DNA of 64,000 bases from Macrostomum lignano (taxonomy: Eukaryota), in the NCBI GenBank assembly GCA_002269645.1, contig NIVC01001617.1, forward strand, positions 1-64,000. Direction: 5' to 3'. Shown here in pieces: positions 59,201 through 64,000 of this stretch. The notes beneath the pieces were generated by a model. It did not search any database, was not told the origin of the DNA, and was given only the letters and a program-made list of their open reading frames with translations. The first letter of the stretch is position 1. Each line of letters starts with the position of its first letter. The position numbers were made by a program, and so were the translations under genes.

Positions 59201-62200
59201 AGATTCCAGTCTCGATAGACTCTTCTATGACTAAGATTCCAGTCTCGATAGACTCTTCTATGATGATTTCAGTCTCGATAGACTCTTCTATGATGATTTC
59301 AGTCTCGATAGACTCTTCTATGACTATGATTCCAGTCTCGATAGACTCTTCTATGACTATGATTCCAGTCTCGATAGACTCTTCTATGACTAAGATTCCA
59401 GTCTCGATAGACTATTCTATGACTAAGATTCCAGTCTCGATAGACTCTTCTATGATGATTTCAGTCTCGATAGACTCTTCTATGACTATGATTCCAGTCT
59501 CGATAGACTCTTCTATGACTATGATTCCAGTCTCGATAGACTCTTCTATGACTAAGATTCCAGTCTCGATAGACTCTTCTATGACTATGATTCCAGTCTC
59601 GATAGACTCTTCTATGACTATGATTCCAGTCTCGATAGACTCTTCTATGACTAAGATTCCAGTCTCGATAGACTCTTCTATGACTAAGATTCCAGTCTCG
59701 ATAGACTCTTCTATGATGATTCCAGTCTCGATAGACTCTTCTATGATGATTCCAGTCTCGATAGACTCTTCTATGACTAAGATTCCAGTCTCGATAGACT
59801 CTTCTATGACTATGATTCCAGTCTCGATAGACTCTTCTATGACTAAGATTCCAGTCTCGATAGACTCTTCTATGATGATTTCAGTCTCGATAGACTCTTC
59901 TATGACTATGATTCCAGTCTCGATAGACTCTTCTATGACTATGATTCCAGTCTCGATAGACTCTTCTATGACTACGATTCCAGTCTCTATAGACTATTCT
60001 ATGACTAAGATTCCAGTCTCGATAGACTCTTCTATGACTATGATTCCAGTCTCGATAGACTCTTCTATGACTATGATTCCAGTCTCGATAGACTCTTCTA
60101 TGATGATTTCAGTCTCGATAGACTCTTCTATGACTATGATTCCAGTCTCGATAGACTCTTCTATGACTATGATTCCAGTCTCGATAGACTCTTCTATGAC
60201 TAAGATTCCAGTCTCGATAGACTCTTCTATGACTAAGATTCCAGTCTCGATAGACTCTTCTATGATGATTTCAGTCTCGATAGACTCTTCTATGATGATT
60301 TCAGTCTCGATAGACTCTTCTATGACTATGATTCCAGTCTCGATAGACTCTTCTATGACTATGATTCCAGTCTCGATAGACTCTTCTATGACTAAGATTC
60401 CAGTCTCGATAGACTATTCTATGACTAAGATTCCAGTCTCGATAGACTCTTCTATGATGATTTCAGTCTCGATAGACTCTTCTATGACTATGATTCCAGT
60501 CTCGATAGACTCTTCTATGACTATGATTCCAGTCTCGATAGACTCTTCTATGACTAAGATTCCAGTCTCGATAGACTCTTCTATGACTATGATTCCAGTC
60601 TCGATAGACTCTTCTATGACTATGATTCCAGTCTCGATAGACTCTTCTATGACTAAGATTCCAGTCTCGATAGACTCTTCTATGACTAAGATTCCAGTCT
60701 CGATAGACTCTTCTATGATGATTCCAGTCTCGATAGACTCTTCTATGATGATTCCAGTCTCGATAGACTCTTCTATGACTAAGATTCCAGTCTCGATAGA
60801 CTCTTCTATGACTATGATTCCAGTCTCGATAGACTCTTCTATGACTAAGATTCCAGTCTCGATAGACTCTTCTATGATGATTTCAGTCTCGATAGACTCT
60901 TCTATGACTATGATTCCAGTCTCGATAGACTCTTCTATGACTATGATTCCAGTCTCGATAGACTCTTCTATGACTACGATTCCAGTCTCTATAGACTATT
61001 CTATGACTAAGATTCCAGTCTCGATAGACTCTTCTATGACTATGATTCCAGTCTCGATAGACTCTTCTATGACTATGATTCCAGTCTCGATAGACTCTTC
61101 TATGATGATTTCAGTCTCGATAGACTCTTCTATGACTATGATTCCAGTCTCGATAGACTCTTCTATGACTATGATTCCAGTCTCGATAGACTCTTCTATG
61201 ACTAAGATTCCAGTCTCGATAGACTCTTCTATGACTATGATTCCAGTCTCGATAGACTCTTCTATGACTAAGATTCCAGTCTCGATAGACTCTTCTATGA
61301 TGATTTCAGTCTCGATAGACTCTTCTATGACTAAGATTCCAGTCTCGATAGACTCTTCTATGATGATTCCAGTCTCGATAGACTCTTCTATGACTATGAT
61401 TCCAGTCTCGATAGACTCTTCTATGACTATGATTCCAGTCTCGATAGACTCTTCTATGACTAAGATTCCAGTCTCGATAGACTCTTCTATGACTATGATT
61501 CCAGTCTCGATAGACTCTTCTATGACTATGATTCCAGTCTCGATAGACTCTTCTATGACTAAGATTCCAGTCTCGATAGACTCTTCTATGACTAAGATTC
61601 CAGTCTCGATAGACTCTTCTATGATGATTCCAGTCTCGATAGACTCTTCTATGATGATTCCAGTCTCGATAGACTCTTCTATGACTAAGATTCCAGTCTC
61701 GATAGACTCTTCTATGACTATGATTCCAGTCTCGATAGACTCTTCTATGATGATTTCAGTCTCGATAGACTCTTCTATGACTATGATTCCAGTCTCGATA
61801 GACTCTTCTATGATGATTTCAGTCTCGATAGACTCTTCTATGATGATTCCAGTCTCGATAGACTCTTCTATGACTATGATTCCAGTCTCGATAGACTCTT
61901 CTATGACTAAGATTCCAGTCTCGATAGACTCTTCTATGACTAAGATTCCAGTCTCGATAGACTCTTCTATGACTAAGATTCCAGTCTCGATAGACTCTTC
62001 TATGATGATTTCAGTCTCGATAGACTCTTCTATGATGATTTCAGTCTCGATAGACTCTTCTATGACTATGATTCCAGTCTCGATAGACTCTTCTATGACT
62101 ATGATTCCAGTCTCGATAGACTCTTCTATGACTAAGATTCCAGTCTCTATAGACTATTCTATGACTAAGATTCCAGTCTCGATAGACTCTTCTATGATGA

Positions 62201-64000
62201 TTTCAGTCTCGATAGACTCTTCTATGACTATGATTCCAGTCTCGATAGACTCTTCTATGACTATGATTCCAGTCTCGATAGACTCTTCTATGACTAAGAT
62301 TCCAGTCTCGATAGACTCTTCTATGACTATGATTCCAGTCTCGATAGACTCTTCTATGACTATGATTCCAGTCTCGATAGACTCTTCTATGACTAAGATT
62401 CCAGTCTCGATAGACTCTTCTATGACTAAGATTCCAGTCTCGATAGACTCTTCTATGATGATTCCAGTCTCGATAGACTCTTCTATGATGATTCCAGTCT
62501 CGATAGACTCTTCTATGACTAAGATTCCAGTCTCGATAGACTCTTCTATGACTAAGATTCCAGTCTCGATAGACTCTTCTATGATGATTTCAGTCTCGAT
62601 AGACTCTTCTATGACTATGATTCCAGTCTCGATAGACTCTTCTATGATGATTTCAGTCTCGATAGACTCTTCTATGATGATTCTAGTCTCGATAGACTCT
62701 TCTATGACTATGATTCCAGTCTCGATAGACTCTTCTATGACTAAGATTCCAGTCTCGATAGACTCTTCTATGATGATTCCAGTCTCGATAGACTCTTCTA
62801 TGACTAAGATTCCAGTCTCGATAGACTCTTCTATGACTAAGATTCCAGTCTCGATAGACTCTTCTATGATGATTTCAGTCTCGATAGACTCTTCTATGAT
62901 GATTTCAGTCTCGATAGACTCTTCTATGACTATGATTCCAGTCTCGATAGACTCTTCTATGACTATGATTCCAGTCTCGATAGACTCTTCTATGACTATG
63001 ATTCCAGTCTCGATAGACTCTTGTATGACTATGATTTCAGTCTCGATAGACTCTTCTATGACTATGATTCCAGTCTCGATAGACTCTTCTATGACTATGA
63101 TTCCAGTCTCGATAGACTCTTCTATGATGATTTCAGTCTCGATAGACTCTTCTATGACTATGATTCCAGTCTCGATAGACTCTTCTATGATGATTTCAGT
63201 CTCGATAGACTCTTCTATGATGATTCCAGTCTCGATAGACTCTTCTATGATGATTCCAGTCTCGATAGACTCTTCTATGACTAAGATTCCAGTCTCGATA
63301 GACTCTTCTATGACTAAGATTCCAGTCTCGATAGACTCTTCTATGATGATTTCAGTCTCGATAGACTCTTCTATGACTATGATTCCAGTCTCGATAGACT
63401 CTTCTATGATGATTTCAGTCTCGATAGACTCTTCTATGATGATTCTAGTCTCGATAGACTCTTCTATGACTATGATTCCAGTCTCGATAGACTCTTCTAT
63501 GACTAAGATTCCAGTCTCGATAGACTCTTCTATGATGATTCCAGTCTCGATAGACTCTTCTATGACTAAGATTCCAGTCTCGATAGACTCTTCTATGACT
63601 AAGATTCCAGTCTCGATAGACTCTTCTATGATGATTTCAGTCTCGATAGACTCTTCTATGATGATTTCAGTCTCGATAGACTCTTCTATGACTATGATTC
63701 CAGTCTCGATAGACTCTTCTATGACTATGATTCCAGTCTCGATAGACTCTTCTATGACTATGATTCCAGTCTCGATAGACTCTTGTATGACTATGATTTC
63801 AGTCTCGATAGACTCTTCTATGACTATGATTCCAGTCTCGATAGACTCTTCTATGACTATGATTCCAGTCTCGATAGACTCTTCTATGATGATTTCAGTC
63901 TCGATAGACTCTTCTATGACTATGATTCCAGTCTCGATAGACTCTTCTATGATGATTTCAGTCTCGATAGACTCTTCTATGACTATGATTCCAGTCTCGA
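56263..64000 (+). CDS. Candidate giant repetitive Ser/Met/Ile/Thr-rich ORF (>2570 codons; unit IPVSIDSSMT[M/K]), no stop in the window
   Basis: Frame +1: stop at 56200-56202, ATG 56263 (MNREVIPSASVKTM), then repeat codons stay in register at the line starts checked through 63961; no observed variant is nonsense. No evidence of expression. Confidence 0.3.
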   Translation, partial: MNREVIPSASVKTMIPVSIDSSMTKIPVSIDSSMTKIPVSIDSSMTKIPVSIDSSMTKIPVSIDSSMTKIPVSIDSSMTKIPVSIDSSMMIPVPIDSSMMISVSIDSSMTMIPVSIDSSMTMIPVSIDSSMMIPVSIDSSMTMIPVSIDSSMTKIPVSIDSSMTMIPVSIDSSMTMIPVSIDSSMTMIPVSIDSSMTMIPVSIDSSMTMIPVSIDSSMTMIPVSIDSSMMISVSIDSSMMIPVSIDSSMTKISVSIDSSMTKISVSIDSSMTKIPVSIDSSMTKIPVSIDSSMMISVSIDSSMTMIPVSIDSSMTKIPVSIDSSMTMIPVSIDSSMTMISVSIDSSMTMIPVSIDSSMTMIPVSIDSSMMISVSIDSSMTMISVSIDSSMTKIPVSIDSSMMIPVSIDSSMMISVSIDSSMTKIPVSIDSSMMISVSIDSSMTMIPVSIDSSMTMIPVSIDSSMTMISVSIDSSMTMIPVSIDSSMTMISVSIDSSMTMIPVSIDSSMTMIPVSIDSSMMIPVSIDSSMMISVSIDSSMTKIPVSIDSSMMISVSIDSSMTMIPVSIDSSMTKIPVSIDSSMMISVSIDSSMTMIPVSIDSSMTMIPVSIDSSMTKIPVSIDSSMMISVSIDSSMTMIPVSIDSSMTMIPVSIDSSMTTIPVSIDYSMTKIPVSIDSSMTMIPVSIDSSMTMIPVSIDSSMMISVSIDSSMTMIPVSIDSSMTMIPVSIDSSMTKIPVSIDSSMTMIPVSIDSSMTKIPVSIDSSMMISVSIDSSMTKIPVSIDSSMMIPVSIDSSMTMIPVSIDSSMTKIPVSIDSTMMISVSIDSSMTMIPVSIDSSMMISVSIDSSMTMIPVSIDSSMTMIPVSIDSSMMIPVSIDSSMTKIPVSIDSSMTMIPVSIDSSMTMIPVSIDSSMMISVSIDSSMTMIPVSIDSSMMISVSIDSSMMIPVSIDSSMTMIPVSIDSSMTKIPVSIDSSMTKIPVSIDSSMTKIPVSIDSSMMISVSIDSSMMISVSIDSSMTMIPVSIDSSMTMIPVSIDSSMTKIPVSIDYSMTKIPVSIDSSMMISVSIDSSMTMIPVSIDSSMTMIPVSIDSSMTKIPVSIDSSMTMIPVSIDSSMTMIPVSIDSSMTKIPVSIDSSMTKIPVSIDSSMMIPVSIDSSMMIPVSIDSSMTKIPVSIDSSMTMIPVSIDSSMTKIPVSIDSSMMISVSIDSSMTMIPVSIDSSMTMIPVSIDSSMTTIPVSIDYSMTKIPVSIDSSMTMIPVSIDSSMTMIPVSIDSSMMISVSIDSSMTMIPVSIDSSMTMIPVSIDSSMTKIPVSIDSSMTKIPVSIDSSMMISVSIDSSMMISVSIDSSMTMIPVSIDSSMTMIPVSIDSSMTKIPVSIDYSMTKIPVSIDSSMMISVSIDSSMTMIPVSIDSSMTMIPVSIDSSMTKIPVSIDSSMTMIPVSIDSSMTMIPVSIDSSMTKIPVSIDSSMTKIPVSIDSSMMIPVSIDSSMMIPVSIDSSMTKIPVSIDSSMTMIPVSIDSSMTKIPVSIDSSMMISVSIDSSMTMIPVSIDSSMTMIPVSIDSSMTTIPVSIDYSMTKIPVSIDSSMTMIPVSIDSSMTMIPVSIDSSMMISVSIDSSMTMIPVSIDSSMTMIPVSIDSSMTKIPVSIDSSMTMIPVSIDSSMTKIPVSIDSSMMISVSIDSSMTKIPVSIDSSMMIPVSIDSSMTMIPVSIDSSMTMIPVSIDSSMTKIPVSIDSSMTMIPVSIDSSMTMIPVSIDSSMTKIPVSIDSSMTKIPVSIDSSMMIPVSIDSSMMIPVSIDSSMTKIPVSIDSSMTMIPVSIDSSMMISVSIDSSMTMIPVSIDSSMMISVSIDSSMMIPVSIDSSMTMIPVSIDSSMTKIPVSIDSSMTKIPVSIDSSMTKIPVSIDSSMMISVSIDSSMMISVSIDSSMTMIPVSIDSSMTMIPVSIDSSMTKIPVSIDYSMTKIPVSIDSSMMISVSIDSSMTMIPVSIDSSMTMIPVSIDSSMTKIPVSIDSSMTMIPVSIDSSMTMIPVSIDSSMTKIPVSIDSSMTKIPVSIDSSMMIPVSIDSSMMIPVSIDSSMTKIPVSIDSSMTKIPVSIDSSMMISVSIDSSMTMIPVSIDSSMMISVSIDSSMMILVSIDSSMTMIPVSIDSSMTKIPVSIDSSMMIPVSIDSSMTKIPVSIDSSMTKIPVSIDSSMMISVSIDSSMMISVSIDSSMTMIPVSIDSSMTMIPVSIDSSMTMIPVSIDSCMTMISVSIDSSMTMIPVSIDSSMTMIPVSIDSSMMISVSIDSSMTMIPVSIDSSMMISVSIDSSMMIPVSIDSSMMIPVSIDSSMTKIPVSIDSSMTKIPVSIDSSMMISVSIDSSMTMIPVSIDSSMMISVSIDSSMMILVSIDSSMTMIPVSIDSSMTKIPVSIDSSMMIPVSIDSSMTKIPVSIDSSMTKIPVSIDSSMMISVSIDSSMMISVSIDSSMTMIPVSIDSSMTMIPVSIDSSMTMIPVSIDSCMTMISVSIDSSMTMIPVSIDSSMTMIPVSIDSSMMISVSIDSSMTMIPVSIDSSMMISVSIDSSMTMIPVS
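56300..64000. repeat. 33/30-bp satellite (gattccagtctcgatagactcttctatgact[at/aa]; short form gatt[c/t]cagtctcgatagactcttctatgat), ~240 copies, runs off right edge
   Basis: Direct reading. Confidence 0.98.

Noticed and set aside
63021-63284. 87-aa YDSSLDRLF-repeat ORF from the track
   Set aside because: This frame is interrupted by TAA in about a third of units; frame +1 is the only long open frame with starts.

Overview
Animal genomic DNA: GC-rich spliced genes, a CYP2-clan cluster, Gypsy/LINE/Harbinger elements and very dense minisatellites. The style resembles a free-living flatworm such as Macrostomum (inference, not verified). Left to right: a minus-strand multi-exon GABA-B-receptor-like class C GPCR (start 15122, continues off the left edge) with a private minisatellite in most larger introns; a 5'-truncated RNase H-bearing LINE; a candidate 68-aa single-pass micropeptide gene; RASL10 (+); three co-oriented minus-strand genes (tandem Myb-like protein, SFT2D3-like, ILK), each starting at a splice acceptor, a possible trans-spliced operon; a probable Helitron 3' end; a decayed CsRn1-type Gypsy element with both LTRs, whose LTR differences are mostly CpG transitions; three intronless cytochrome P450s interleaved with a Harbinger derivative and a solo LTR; and two satellite arrays. 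The last array (33/30-bp units, 56300 to the edge) keeps one plus-strand frame open for more than 7.7 kb. The ORF track omits it, probably because there is no stop inside the window. Several conserved genes carry single frameshifts that may be assembly errors. All alignments were done by eye from recalled family motifs; no search was run.
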